A stretch of DNA of 64,000 nucleotides from Nitrospirota bacterium (GTDB lineage: Bacteria > Nitrospirota > JACRHJ01): positions 128,001 through 192,000 of the forward strand of contig CAWJRJ010000017.1 of assembly GCA_963845245.1 (NCBI GenBank). The letters run 5' to 3'. A model generated the notes under the pieces. It searched no databases. It was not told where the DNA came from and worked only from the letters and a program-made list of their open reading frames with translations. The position numbers were made by a program, and so were the translations under genes. Shown in pieces: positions 46,587-57,799 of this stretch (position 1 is the first letter of the stretch; each line of letters starts with the position of its first letter).

Positions 46587-47881
46587 TGGAGAGCATGAAG
46601 ATAATGCCCTCCGGGCCGCTGACCGGCTCGGTCAGGGTACCGGGTGATAAATCGATATCGCACCGCTCAGTGATGTTCGGCGCTATTGCCGATGGAGTGA
46701 GCAGGGTATCCGGATTCCTCACCGGCGAAGACAGTATAAACTCTGCAAAGGCACTGTCCCAGATGGGTGTGACAATCGAGGGACTGGGCGGTAGCGACCT
46801 TGTCATACACGGCGTCGGCCTTGACGGGCTCAAGGAGCCCAAAGGCGTCCTCGACCTGGGCAACTCGGGTACGAGTATAAGGCTTCTGTCCGGGTTGCTT
46901 GCAGGGCAGGGTTTCTCCTGCACCATGACTGGCGATGAATACTTGCAGAAAAGGCCGATGGGCAGGGTGATAAAGCCGCTTGGTCTCATGGGCGCCGATA
47001 TTACCGGCACGGGCGAAAAACAATGCCCTCCGCTTCATATAGGACCGCCCAAAAATGGACGACTGACCGGGATAGATTACATCTCGCCAATTGCAAGCGC
47101 ACAGGTAAAGTCGGCGGTGCTCCTGGCTGGCCTCCTTGCCGAAGGCACTACCTCCGTGACCGAGCCGATGAAGTCACGCGACCATACCGAACGCATGCTT
47201 CGGTACATGGGGGTTGACGTGCTTGAGGACGGCCTTAAGGTGAAGGTCAAGGGCGGCAGCAGGCTTACTGCAAGGGAGTTCTCTGTGCCGGGCGACCTGT
47301 CGTCAGCGGCGTTCCTCATAGTGGCCGGGGCTATCGTTCCGGGTTCGAGGTTGGTCATTAAAGACGTCGGCATAAACCCGACACGCACCGGGATCATAGA
47401 TATACTCAGGCTGATGAACGCGGCGATAACGGTGGACAACCCGAACGAAAACGGTCCGGAACCTGTAGCCGATATAATCATAGAACACTCCGACCTCAGG
47501 GGTATCGATATAGGCGGCGAGCTTTTCCTGAGGGCGATAGACGAGTTCCCCGCGATATGCATTGCCGCTGCCGCTGCATCGGGCGTGACGGTCATAAAGG
47601 ATGCGGCGGAACTTCGGGTAAAGGAGTCGGACAGGATATCCGCAATGGCGCGCGAGCTTGAGAAGGTCGGCGTCGCCGTGCGCGAGACTCCGGACGGGAT
47701 AATCATAGAAGGCGGCAGACCCATCAGGTCTGCAGAAGTGGACAGCCACGGAGACCACAGGGTCGCTATGGCCATGGCGGTCGCCGCGCTGATTTCGGAC
47801 GACGGCATCATGATAAACGATACTGAATGTATAAACACTTCATTCCCGGGTTTCGAGAGCCTGCTTGAAGGGCTGAGATAA
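46586..47881 (+). CDS. aroA: EPSP synthase
   Basis: PGDKSISHR, GNSGT, SAQVKSA, RDHTERML, ELRVKESDR, DHRVAM; start ATG 46586. Confidence 0.97.
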   Translation: MESMKIMPSGPLTGSVRVPGDKSISHRSVMFGAIADGVSRVSGFLTGEDSINSAKALSQMGVTIEGLGGSDLVIHGVGLDGLKEPKGVLDLGNSGTSIRLLSGLLAGQGFSCTMTGDEYLQKRPMGRVIKPLGLMGADITGTGEKQCPPLHIGPPKNGRLTGIDYISPIASAQVKSAVLLAGLLAEGTTSVTEPMKSRDHTERMLRYMGVDVLEDGLKVKVKGGSRLTAREFSVPGDLSSAAFLIVAGAIVPGSRLVIKDVGINPTRTGIIDILRLMNAAITVDNPNENGPEPVADIIIEHSDLRGIDIGGELFLRAIDEFPAICIAAAAASGVTVIKDAAELRVKESDRISAMARELEKVGVAVRETPDGIIIEGGRPIRSAEVDSHGDHRVAMAMAVAALISDDGIMINDTECINTSFPGFESLLEGLR

Positions 47882-47882
47882 C

Positions 47883-48569
47883 ATGGCAGTTCAGGTAATA
47901 GTAGCCATCGACGGCCCATCGGGGGCCGGTAAGAGCACCGTCGGCAAGATGTTGGCGCGGGAGTTGGGCTACATCTACATAGACACCGGTGCAATGTACC
48001 GGGCTCTCGGCTGGAAAGCCGTGAAGGAAGGCGTCAAGCTTAAGGAGGGTCCGGAACTGAAAGACCTCTGCTCGCGCACTGACGTGACTCTGAGGCAGGA
48101 TAGCGGCGAACTCAGGGTTTATGTCGACGGCGAGGACGTGTCCCCGTACATACGTACGCCCCAGATGAGCATGGCGGCATCTGCCATATCGGCCCAACCG
48201 TCAGTCCGTGCAAGGCTGCTTGAACTCCAGAGACAGATGGGCAGAGGCGGCGGCGTCGTATTGGAGGGTAGGGATATAGGCACAGTGGTATTTCCTGAGG
48301 CCGGGGCCAAGTTCTACCTCGATGCCGACCCGGTCCAGAGGGCAGAGAGGCGTTACGCTGAGCTAAAGGCCAAGGGCGAGGACGTATCGCTTGAGCGTAT
48401 TATAGAGGAAGTAAAAAAGAGGGACTACGACGACAGCCACAGGGCGATTGCGCCCCTGAAAAAAGCCGACGATGCGGTGGTAGTAGACTCATCGCGCATG
48501 TCCGCCGAGGAGGTCGTAAGCTTCATGAAGGCGAAGATAAAAGAAGTCGCCTGCGGCGTGGACGAATGA
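47883..48569 (+). CDS. cmk: Cytidylate kinase
   Basis: AIDGPSGAGKST, DTGAMYR, EGRDIGTVVFP. Confidence 0.97.
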   Translation: MAVQVIVAIDGPSGAGKSTVGKMLARELGYIYIDTGAMYRALGWKAVKEGVKLKEGPELKDLCSRTDVTLRQDSGELRVYVDGEDVSPYIRTPQMSMAASAISAQPSVRARLLELQRQMGRGGGVVLEGRDIGTVVFPEAGAKFYLDADPVQRAERRYAELKAKGEDVSLERIIEEVKKRDYDDSHRAIAPLKKADDAVVVDSSRMSAEEVVSFMKAKIKEVACGVDE

Positions 48570-49189
48570 AATATAAATATCTAGTCTATGACCTCGGCCA
48601 TATAATGTTCTTTGTCCTGTTCAAATTGTTTTTCCGCTATAAAGTAATCGGGGGCGGGAACATACCGAAAAAAGGGCCGGTGATCTTTGCAAGCAACCAC
48701 GGTAGCTTCCTTGACCCGCCTTTAATAGGCGCCGGGATATGGCGTCGCGTAAATTACGCCGCCAGGGAGGACCTTTTCGGCAACTGGTGGAAGAGCTTCA
48801 TCCTTAAGGAATGGGGCTCTATCCCTATCAGTCGTGACCGTTTGGACAAGGCCACGCTGAAGTCCATCCTTGCGCCTCTAAAAAGAGGCGAGATACTGAC
48901 CATCTTTCCTGAAGGCACCAGGAGCCCCGACGAAAACCTGGGGCCAGCCAAGCCCGGAATCGGGATGATAGTATCACTGGCGAAATGCCCGGTAATCCCC
49001 GTTTACATAAACGGTAGTTGGCGTACGTTAGGCAAGGTGCACAAGAAGCTGAGGATGATGCCGATATCCGTAATATTCGGCGAACCGATTGTTTTCGAGA
49101 AGACGGAAGGCGAATCCGGCCATGATATGTACCAGCGTATAACCGATGAGATAATGGCCGGGATAGAAAAACTTAAAAAGGGGGTTTGA
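48566..49189 (+). CDS. plsC: 1-acyl-sn-glycerol-3-phosphate acyltransferase
   Basis: NHGSFLDP, FPEGTRS, PVIPV. Confidence 0.92.
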   Translation: MKYKYLVYDLGHIMFFVLFKLFFRYKVIGGGNIPKKGPVIFASNHGSFLDPPLIGAGIWRRVNYAAREDLFGNWWKSFILKEWGSIPISRDRLDKATLKSILAPLKRGEILTIFPEGTRSPDENLGPAKPGIGMIVSLAKCPVIPVYINGSWRTLGKVHKKLRMMPISVIFGEPIVFEKTEGESGHDMYQRITDEIMAGIEKLKKGV

Positions 49190-49294
49190 CAAGTATTGCT
49201 GGTATTATGGAAGCATATGTGATATATTACTATTTTGCGTTTTTCAAGCTTTCGTAAAAGCTTAAGATAAAAAAACCGGGAGGTAAGCAGTCTG

Positions 49295-51052
49295 ATGAGC
49301 AACGAGGAAAAAGAACTGGCGATGGATTACTCCGCCGAAGACGACAACTACGACACGTTTAATGATGAGGTGGAGGAAGAAGGCCAGGATGAGATGGCCC
49401 GTCTCTACGAAGAGTCCTTCAAGAGCGTGGAAGAAGGCAGCGTAGTAAAGGGCAAGGTAATACAGGTAAGGCAGGACGGCATAGTAGTAGACGTGGGCTA
49501 CAAGTCCGAGGGTATCATCCCCATCGACGAGGTAAACCCCAAGGAACTGGCTGGCATAAAGGTCGGCGACTATATTGAGGTATATCTTGAGGAGCGGGAG
49601 GATTCCGAAGGCAACATAGTCCTGTCGAAGGAAAAGGCCGACAAGATAAAGATATGGGAGCAGATTGAAGAGGCCTGCAACGAGGAGAGGGTCGTCTCCG
49701 GCAAGGTCGTCGCAAGGATAAAGGGCGGCATGACGGTGGACATAAACGGCGTCAAGGGCTTCCTGCCCGGCTCGCAGGTTGACCTCAGGCCTGTCCGCAA
49801 CCTCGATTCCCTCATTGGCCAGACTTTCGACCTTAAGGTTCTCAAGGTCAACCAGAGAAGGGGCAACATAGTCCTTTCGAGGCGCGCGCTCCTCGAAGAG
49901 GTAAGGGACAAGAAGAAGACCGAGACACTCTCAACCCTTGCAGAGGGTGCGGTGATCGAAGGCATAGTAAAGAATATAACCGAGTACGGTGCGTTCATAG
50001 ACCTGGGCGGCATCGACGGCCTGCTTCATATCACCGACATGTCATGGGGCCGCGTAAGCCACCCGTCGGAACTCTTCATGGTCGGCGACAAGGCCAAGGT
50101 CATGGTACTCAAGTACGACAGGGAGAACGAGAAGGTATCCCTGGGCTCCAAGCAGCTCTCTTCCGACCCGTGGGCCGGCGCCGACACCAAGTACCCGGTC
50201 GGCACCAGGGTGCGCGGCAAGGTTGTCAGCCTCACCGACTACGGCGCGTTCGTGGAGCTTGAGCAGGGCATTGAGGGTCTCGTTCACGTTTCCGAGATGT
50301 CCTGGACCCAGAAGGTCCGCCACCCGTCGAAGGTCCTCGGTATGGGCGACATTATCGACGCGGTCGTGCTCTCCATCGACAAGAACAACAAGCGCATATC
50401 GCTTGGCATGAAGCAGATAGAGCCGAACCCGTGGGACGTCATAGCCGAGAAGTACCCTGTCGGCTCCAGGATAGAGGGCAAGGTCAGGAACCTCACCGAC
50501 TTCGGCGCGTTCGTCGGTCTGGAGGAAGGCATCGACGGCCTCATCCACATCTCCGACATCTCCTGGACCAAGCACTTGAAGCACCCTTCAGAAGTCCTGA
50601 AAAAGGGCCAGAAGGTGGACGCTGTCGTGCTGTCGGTGGACAGGGAGAAGGAAAGGCTTTCGCTTGGCCTCAAGCAGCTATCTTCCGACCCGTGGGACTA
50701 CGATATCCCCAACACCTACAAGGTCGGCGAGAACGTCTCCTGCAAGGTGATAAAGATCACCGACTTCGGCGTCTTTGTCGAGCTTGAAGGCGGGGTAGAG
50801 GGGCTCATCCACATATCAGAGATTGACAAGGATGCACACGCCAAGGTCGAAGACCTCCTGAAACTCGACGACGAGGTTACCGCCAAGATAATAAAGGTGG
50901 ACACCGCCGAGCGTAAGATAGGTCTTTCCATAAAGGCGCTCAAGAAGGAGCAGGAAAGAGGCGAGCAGGACAATTATTCCGGCTCGCAGGACAAGTTCGA
51001 CAAGTCGCTTGGCGCAAGGATAAAAGACGCCGAGCAGGACCAGTCCGAATAA
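49295..51052 (+). CDS. rpsA: 30S ribosomal protein S1
   Basis: Six S1 repeats, FLPGSQVD, GLLHITDMSW, GLIHISD. Confidence 0.98.
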   Translation: MSNEEKELAMDYSAEDDNYDTFNDEVEEEGQDEMARLYEESFKSVEEGSVVKGKVIQVRQDGIVVDVGYKSEGIIPIDEVNPKELAGIKVGDYIEVYLEEREDSEGNIVLSKEKADKIKIWEQIEEACNEERVVSGKVVARIKGGMTVDINGVKGFLPGSQVDLRPVRNLDSLIGQTFDLKVLKVNQRRGNIVLSRRALLEEVRDKKKTETLSTLAEGAVIEGIVKNITEYGAFIDLGGIDGLLHITDMSWGRVSHPSELFMVGDKAKVMVLKYDRENEKVSLGSKQLSSDPWAGADTKYPVGTRVRGKVVSLTDYGAFVELEQGIEGLVHVSEMSWTQKVRHPSKVLGMGDIIDAVVLSIDKNNKRISLGMKQIEPNPWDVIAEKYPVGSRIEGKVRNLTDFGAFVGLEEGIDGLIHISDISWTKHLKHPSEVLKKGQKVDAVVLSVDREKERLSLGLKQLSSDPWDYDIPNTYKVGENVSCKVIKITDFGVFVELEGGVEGLIHISEIDKDAHAKVEDLLKLDDEVTAKIIKVDTAERKIGLSIKALKKEQERGEQDNYSGSQDKFDKSLGARIKDAEQDQSE

Positions 51053-51059
51053 TCCATTT

Positions 51060-51968
51060 ATGGAGACAGGTATGAAAAAGAAGCCGTTGGCTATACTTGT
51101 CATAGGATCCATAGTAGCTGTTGTTATATTGATCGCACTGTCGACCGGCGCCTCCCTCTTTCTGGGAGAGGCGCCGGTTGTTTCCTCGGACAAGGTCGCA
51201 CTTATAAAGATCGAGGGTGTCATACTCGATTCGACGGATGTGATCGAACAGCTTAAGAAATACGGTAAGAACTCCTCGGTGAAGGCGATAATCCTACGCA
51301 TAGACAGCCCGGGCGGTGCGGTAGTCCCGTCCCAGGAGATATACGAGGAAGTAAGGAAACTGAAGGCCCGCACCAACCAGAAGATTATCACCTCCATGGG
51401 CACGGTTGCGGCATCCGGCGGCTACTATATAGCTGCTGCCTCTGACAGGATCGTGGCAAACCCCGGGACCCTTACGGGAAGTATCGGCGTCATAATGGAG
51501 TTCGCTTCCGCTGAAGAGCTTATGAACAAGTTAGGCGTCAAGAGCGAGGTGATAAAGAGCGGCGACAAAAAAGACGTCGGCAACTTCATGCGTACCATGA
51601 AACCTGAGGAAAAGGAATACCTCCAGAAGGTCATCGGCGACGTGCATGACCAGTTTGTGGAGGCTGTGTCCGAGGGCCGGAAGATGAAGAAGGAAGATAT
51701 TATCCCGATTGCCGACGGCGGAGTCTTTACAGGCAGGCAGGCCAAGGCTATAGGGTTGGTGGATGAACTCGGGGACCTTGAGGATGCGGTGAGGATTGCC
51801 GGGAAGATGGCCAATATATCGGGCGAGCCGAAGGTGATCACGGAAGATAAAAAATACGGTTTCTGGGATGTTTTGAGGGGTAAGGACGCGAGCAACCTGT
51901 TCAAGGGCGTGCTTCCTAAAAACCTTCAGACCCTCATGTACCTCTATGCGGCTCCATCCATGAGATAA
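51060..51968 (+). CDS. sppA: Signal peptide peptidase SppA (36K type)
   Basis: RIDSPGG, AASGGYY, TGSIGV. Confidence 0.95.
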   Translation: METGMKKKPLAILVIGSIVAVVILIALSTGASLFLGEAPVVSSDKVALIKIEGVILDSTDVIEQLKKYGKNSSVKAIILRIDSPGGAVVPSQEIYEEVRKLKARTNQKIITSMGTVAASGGYYIAAASDRIVANPGTLTGSIGVIMEFASAEELMNKLGVKSEVIKSGDKKDVGNFMRTMKPEEKEYLQKVIGDVHDQFVEAVSEGRKMKKEDIIPIADGGVFTGRQAKAIGLVDELGDLEDAVRIAGKMANISGEPKVITEDKKYGFWDVLRGKDASNLFKGVLPKNLQTLMYLYAAPSMR

Positions 51969-52086
51969 AATACCATATCTTTAGTCTTGACAAAGGGTTA
52001 GGGATATGATATTTAAATTACACTAAAAAAAGCGCCGGTTCGGCGGAAATCATATCTAGTTTATAGAATAGTCATCAGGGGGGTAT

Positions 52087-52365
52087 ATGACCAAGGCGGA
52101 ACTGGTTGAGAAGGTCTCTGAAAAAGTGGACGGCCTGACCAAGAAACAGACGGAAGTTATTATAAATACAATCTTTGACAGCATCAAGGATGCCCTTTCA
52201 ACCGGGGATAAGATAGAGATACGCGGCTTCGGCAGCTTCAAGATACGCTCCAGGAAGCAGCGCGAGGGCAGGAACCCGAAGACAGGTTCCCCCGTCTCAG
52301 TACCCGCAAAGAAGGTGCCGTTCTTCAAGGCCGGAAAAGAGCTCAAGGAGCTTGTGGATAATTAG
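52087..52365 (+). CDS. ihfB: Integration host factor beta / HU family
   Basis: MTKAELV, IEIRGFGSF, GRNPKTG, FFKAGKELKE. Confidence 0.92.
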   Translation: MTKAELVEKVSEKVDGLTKKQTEVIINTIFDSIKDALSTGDKIEIRGFGSFKIRSRKQREGRNPKTGSPVSVPAKKVPFFKAGKELKELVDN

Positions 52366-52389
52366 CAGCCATATAGAAAGTTTTTAATC

Positions 52390-52426
52390 AGGCAGGGTAT
52401 CTCTTGGGACTCCCTGCCTTTTTTTA
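52390..52426 (+). terminator. Terminator after ihfB
   Basis: AGGCAGGG..CCCTGCCT followed by a T run. Confidence 0.7.
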
Positions 52427-52461
52427 TTTGTACTCGGCCAGATATACAACTACGGGGTCAT

Positions 52462-53735
52462 GTGAAAGACAGCAGGGATATGTTGGGCAGACAGGGTGTA
52501 ACCACGGTCGAGGATGCGCGCAGGGTTTTCCTGGAGTCGTTCCTAATGCCGCAGCCTGCCACCGAAAATGTCGGTTTGGTCGAGGCGCTTGGTAGGGTGC
52601 TTGCGTCTGACATAGTCTCCAAAATCGCGCTGCCTGACTTCGCGCGGTCGTCCATGGACGGTTACGCCGTCATGGCAATGGATACATACGGGGCGACGGA
52701 ATCACTGCCCGCATATCTGAAAGTCTCCGGCGAAGTACTGATGGGCGAGATTCCGGCGATACCCCTCCAAAAAGGCTCCGTTATCAGGATATCGACAGGT
52801 GGGATGCTGCCGCCGGACGCCGATGCGGTGGTGATGCTTGAGAATACCCAGAGGCTGGATGCGGGAGAGGTGGAGGTATCGAAACCCGTCGCCCCCGGAG
52901 AAAACGTCGTCCAGAGAGGCGATGACGTTAAGGAGGGAGAAAGGATACTTGGCGCGGGCCACCGCCTCAGGCCGCAGGACCTCGGGGCACTTGCAGGCAT
53001 CGGCGTGACTGAGGTCGAGGTATTCAAGCGGCCGACGGTCGCCATCATAAATACCGGAAACGAGATAATGGAGCTGACAGGGTTCCTCTGCCGGGACAGG
53101 TGCGGGATGTAAACTCCTATAACCTGGCCGGGCTTGTGGTCCAGTCCGGTGGCTTACCCGTGAAGAAAGGGATATACCGCGACGAATATGCGGCTATCAG
53201 GAAGGCAGTCGAAGAGGCCGTCGCAACCAGCGATGTCGTGGCAATCACCGGCGGTAGCTCGGTCGGCACGGGTGACCTGACCGCGAAGGTGATAAACGAC
53301 CTCGGGCCTCCCGGCGTGCTCGTCCACGGCGTTTCCGTGCGGCCTGGCAAGCCTGTTATAATTGGAATAGCGGCAGGCAAGCCTGTCTTCGGTCTGCCAG
53401 GGCATCCGGTTGCAGTCACCGTGAGCTTTGAGCTGTTCCTGATGCCGCTAATAAAGCGTTTGTCGGGTGAAATTGATAAGCTTGGGATTGCGGGCATACC
53501 TCAGGCGAGGGTGATAACGGCAAGGATGAGCAGGAACTATTCATCCGCCCAGGGCAGGGAGGACCACCTGAGGGTGGCATTGGAGCGCCGTGATGGGGAA
53601 CTTTGGGCCGTGCCGGTGCTGGGGAAGTCCGGGCTTATATCCACCCTTGTAAAGGCGGACGGGACGGTTGTCGTCCCGCTTGCCAAGACCGGCCTTGAAA
53701 AGGGCGAACGTGTCGAAGTCAGACTCTTCGAATAA
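52462..53735 (+). CDS. moeA: Molybdopterin molybdotransferase MoeA (frameshift near 53075-53085)
   Basis: GRVLA, SMDGYAV, ISTGGMLP, TGNEI, then RDVNSY, TGGSSVG, RPGKP, GLPGHP. Confidence 0.92.
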
Positions 53736-53747
53736 AGGGAGGTGACC

Positions 53748-55678
53748 ATGCCTAAAAGACAGGTATACATAGAGCCGACCCCGCTTGGATGATGCGCTAT
53801 CAATATGGACGGCTGCCCTGAAGCAACGCGGGCTTCTGGCACCCCTTCCTGGCGCAATCCTCCCTGTTGATGATGCCCTTGGCAGGATAACCGCCGAAGC
53901 GGTTTCGGCAAGGATATCGTCTCCATACTTTCATTCAGCGGCCATGGACGGCGTCGCCGTGCGCTTCTCCGATACCATAGGCGCGTCGGATGGAAACCCG
54001 AAAAAGCTGAAGGTCGGCGACGAGGCTGTCTATGTGGATACCGGTGACCCGATGCCTGAAGGCATGGACGCGGTAATCATGGTCGAAGACATCGATGAGC
54101 TCGAGGACGGCCACATCGAGATAATAGAGCCTGCTACGCCGTGGCAGCACGTGCGTATAATAGGCGAAGACATCGTGGCGACCGAGCTTATCGTGCCTGA
54201 GAACCACGAGCTGAGGCCGGTCGACCTTGCCGCACTTCTCGCAGGCGGCGTGGTAGAGGTAAAGGTTCGGCGCAGGCCCAGGGTGGTGGTGATCCCGACA
54301 GGCAACGAACTGGTACAGCCGGGTATCGAACTAAGAAGGGGCGACATCATAGAGTACAACTCCCGCATGCTTGCCGGGATGGCCCGCGAGTGGGGGGCGG
54401 AGACGGTACGCTACGGCATAGTGCCGGACAACCTGGAGATGCTGAAGAAATACATATCTGGATGCCGCGGCGGAGGCAGACATAGTTATAGTGAACGCCG
54501 GTTCGTCTGCTGGCTCGGAGGACTATACCTGGCATGTTATAGGCGAGCTTGGCGAGACGGTCCTGCACGGCATAAACACGAAGCCTGGCAAGCCCGCAAT
54601 CCTGGGGTTTGTCAAGGGCAAGCCAGTCATAGGCGTACCAGGATATCCCGTGTCGGCATGGCTGGTCTTCAGGCTATTTGCAAGGAGGCTTATATACGCC
54701 ATGCAGGGGCGTGAGGCCCCGACGCCGCAGACCATGCCCGTAAAGCTCTCGAGGCAGATGGCGTCGTCGCTTGGCCAGGAGGAGTTTGTCAGGGTAAAGC
54801 TTGGGGAGGTAGGTGCGGAGGTGATAGCGACGCCTATTTCTCGTGGAGCAGGCGTGCTGATGTCGCTCGTGCGTGCGGACGGGATAATCAGGATACCGGC
54901 GGAGAGCGAGGGCCTTGCGGCCGGGAGCATCGTCGAAGCTGAGCTTCTTCGCCCAAAGGAAGATATTGAACATACGATAGTCTGCATCGGCAGCCACGAC
55001 AACGCCCTGGATGTCCTCGCGAACTTCCTGAAGAAAAGGCACCCGGAACTGAGCCTTTCATCCGCGCATGTCGGAAGCCTGGGCGGGATAATGGCGCTTA
55101 AAAGGGGCGAGGCGCATTTTGCAGGCTCGCACCTTCTCGATGAAGAGACCGGTGAATATAACGTAAGCTACCTCAAGAAATATATCGCGGATAAAAAGCC
55201 AGTACTTGTCAACCTCGTCTATCGCGAACAGGGGTTGCTCGTACCAAAAGGCAACCCCAAAGGCATAAAAGGGTTTGCAGACTTAAGCCGTGAGGATATT
55301 GTTTTTGTAAACAGGCAGGCGGGCGCTGGGACGCGGCTCCTCACCGACCTGCACCTCAAAAGGCTGGGGATAGTCCCCTCGGCGGTCAAGGGATACGAGC
55401 ACGAGGAGTACACCCACATGGGCGTTGCATCCGCAGTGTTGACGGGTGCGGCTGATACCGGGCTTGCCATCCTCGCCTCGGCCAACGCGCTTGGGCTTGA
55501 CTTCATACCGGTCGCACATGAGCGGTACGACCTGGTGATACCGGCTGAGCATATGGGTAACCCGATGGTTGTGGCAATGCTGGATATAATCCGGGGTGAC
55601 ACCGAATTCCGCGAGACGGTGAATGCGATGGGCGGCTACGACGTAAAAGACATGGGAAAGGTCCTCTGGGAAGGATAA
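53748..55678 (+). CDS. MoeA fused to a C-terminal periplasmic-binding-protein-like domain (frameshifts near 53788 and 54456)
   Basis: GGAGGT and ATG 53748; AMDGVAV, TGNEL, NAGSSAGSED, KPGKP, GYPVS, then GSHD, VGSLGG, NRQAGAGTR. Confidence 0.88.
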
Positions 55679-55683
55679 TCGAA

Positions 55684-57216
55684 ATGGGCGACCCCATGGT
55701 TAAAAAATATTTCCTGAAGCTTGCACCTCCATCGGCGGAAGACCCTGCCGCGGACCTTGAGCGGGTAATACGCGGGCTGGCTGAAGTATGCCCTCAGGAG
55801 TTTGACGTGCCTCTTTCAGTTGCCGCAAAGATACCCGTCGTGCTCAGGCAGTCAGGGTTTGAGATAACCGTGACGGCTTCATTTTTTGATGCCCCGCGTA
55901 TAATCGATGTGGAGCCGGGCGATACATCCGGCAGGTGCTTCGGACTTGCGATAGACCTCGGCACAACCAACGTTGTCGGAGTATTGCTTGACCTTGCGGA
56001 GGGCAGGCAGCTAGGCGAGTTTTCTGAGGTTAACCCGCAGATCGCACACGGCGAGGACATTCTTAACCGGATACATTTTTGCCTGAAAGACGGCAACCTG
56101 GAAGAGCTTCAAAGGCAGGCTGCCGGATGCATAAACTCTATCGCGCGCAGGCTTGCCGAGGCGGCCGGGATAGGCATGGATGATATCGACTGCGTCTCGG
56201 TATCTGGCAACACCACGATGGCCCACCTGTTCCTCGGGCTTGACCCATACAACATCTGCCGTGCGCCGTATGTCCCGGTAGCCAACCATTTCGGTTTTTT
56301 CCGGGCCGCCGACCTTGGTCTTGAGGTGAACCCGGAAGGCCCTGTATACGTGCTCCCGAACGTCGGGAGCTATGTAGGGGGAGACGTGCTTGCCGGGGTG
56401 CTCGTGTCCGGGATGCACGATAGGCCTGAGATTTCCCTCATGGTGGATGTCGGTACGAATGCAGAGATCGTGATCGGGAACAGTGATTGGTTGCTGGTCT
56501 GCGCCGGCGCAGCGGGCCCCGCGCTCGAAGGCGGGGTGGTGAAGTTCGGCATGAGGGCTATGCCCGGCGCCATAGACCGGATAAATATCAATCCGGAAAC
56601 CCTGAAGGTTGAATATTCCGTGATAGGGGGGCAGGGCGTCAAGCCAAAGGGCATGTGCGGTTCGGCCCTTATCGACCTGCTCGCGGAGCTTTTTCTGAAG
56701 GGCCTGTTGGACGGCAGGGGCAAGTTCGTCGAACCATTCCCGGCCGGAGTGCGTGAGACGGATGGCATCAGGGAATATGTCGTGGTCCCGGGGGCATCTG
56801 CAGATGCCGGTGAGGATATAGTTTTCACGGAGGCGGACATAGACAACCTGGTCAGGACGAAGGCCGCGATGTACACCGCACTGAACGTCGTGATCCGGGA
56901 GCTTGGCATGTCGTTCCACGACCTTGCCGAATTTAACATAGCAGGGACCTTCGGGGCGTATATTGCGGCCGACAAGGCTGTCGCTATCGGGATGGTCCCG
57001 GACATTGACCTTTCAAAATACAGGCTACTCGGCAACTCCTCCCTGGAAGGGGCATGCAAAACGCTGCTCGCAAGGGATGCGATAGCCGAGGTTGAACGGA
57101 TCGCCTCGATGATCACATACAAGGAATTGAACGTAAGCACGGACTTCATGAGCGAATTCCGTGCCGCGATGTTCCTGCCACATACCGACGCCTCGCTTTT
57201 TCCAAATGTCTCTTGA
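55684..57216 (+). CDS. ASKHA/RACo (DUF4445) ATP-dependent reductive activator of corrinoid proteins, lacking the N-terminal 2Fe-2S domain
   Basis: AIDLGTT, NPQ..G.DI..RI, GNTTM, YVGGD, DVGTNAE, AAGPALEG, GMCGS, LGNSSL.G, FLPHTD..LFP. Confidence 0.88.
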   Translation: MGDPMVKKYFLKLAPPSAEDPAADLERVIRGLAEVCPQEFDVPLSVAAKIPVVLRQSGFEITVTASFFDAPRIIDVEPGDTSGRCFGLAIDLGTTNVVGVLLDLAEGRQLGEFSEVNPQIAHGEDILNRIHFCLKDGNLEELQRQAAGCINSIARRLAEAAGIGMDDIDCVSVSGNTTMAHLFLGLDPYNICRAPYVPVANHFGFFRAADLGLEVNPEGPVYVLPNVGSYVGGDVLAGVLVSGMHDRPEISLMVDVGTNAEIVIGNSDWLLVCAGAAGPALEGGVVKFGMRAMPGAIDRININPETLKVEYSVIGGQGVKPKGMCGSALIDLLAELFLKGLLDGRGKFVEPFPAGVRETDGIREYVVVPGASADAGEDIVFTEADIDNLVRTKAAMYTALNVVIRELGMSFHDLAEFNIAGTFGAYIAADKAVAIGMVPDIDLSKYRLLGNSSLEGACKTLLARDAIAEVERIASMITYKELNVSTDFMSEFRAAMFLPHTDASLFPNVS

Positions 57217-57331
57217 TTTTTTCCTTGACACTCGCGGTTAATCGTACTATTTTAGTCAACTTATAGGTTGGTTATTATCTGAAATTTGGGTTTTCTTGTT
57301 AACAGCTTTTCGCAATTATCCAGGAGCGACA

Positions 57332-57752
57332 ATGGTTACCAGCAAAAAAGAGGAAGAAGAAAAGAAGAGCATGCCCTTGTACCCGATAAGCATCGCAGCG
57401 GAGCTGATAGGGACGACCGACCAGACGCTGACGGCTGTATGAGAAGCACGGGCTGATAACGCCCACCAGGAGGAACAAAAACAGGTTCTATTCGGATAAC
57501 GACATCAAGTGGCTCAAATGCGCACGTCAGCTTATCCATGAGAAAAAGATAAGCATCGAAGGCGTGAAGAAACTTCTCGAATATGCCCCATGCTGGGAGA
57601 TACAGGAATGTCCGGAAGACAAACGTAATGCCTGTTCTGCCTATATTGACAAGTCAAAGCCGTGCTGGGAGGTTGCGAGGACCCGTTGCAAGAGCGGCAT
57701 CGAGTGTGATAAATGCATTGTTTACTTGGCCGGTATGAAGAAAAAGAGATAG
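57332..57752 (+). CDS. MerR/HspR-type HTH regulator with C-terminal Cys-rich (two 'CWE') domain (extra A at about 57431)
   Basis: AGGAG and ATG 57332: ..PLYPISIAAELIGTTDQTL[a]RLYEKHGLITPTRRNKNRFYSDNDI..PCWEIQECPEDKRNAC..PCWEVARTRC..CDKCIVY. Confidence 0.85.
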
Positions 57753-57799
57753 TCGACCTTGTTTTTTATTGACAACCTGACGGCAATTTTGCAATAATC

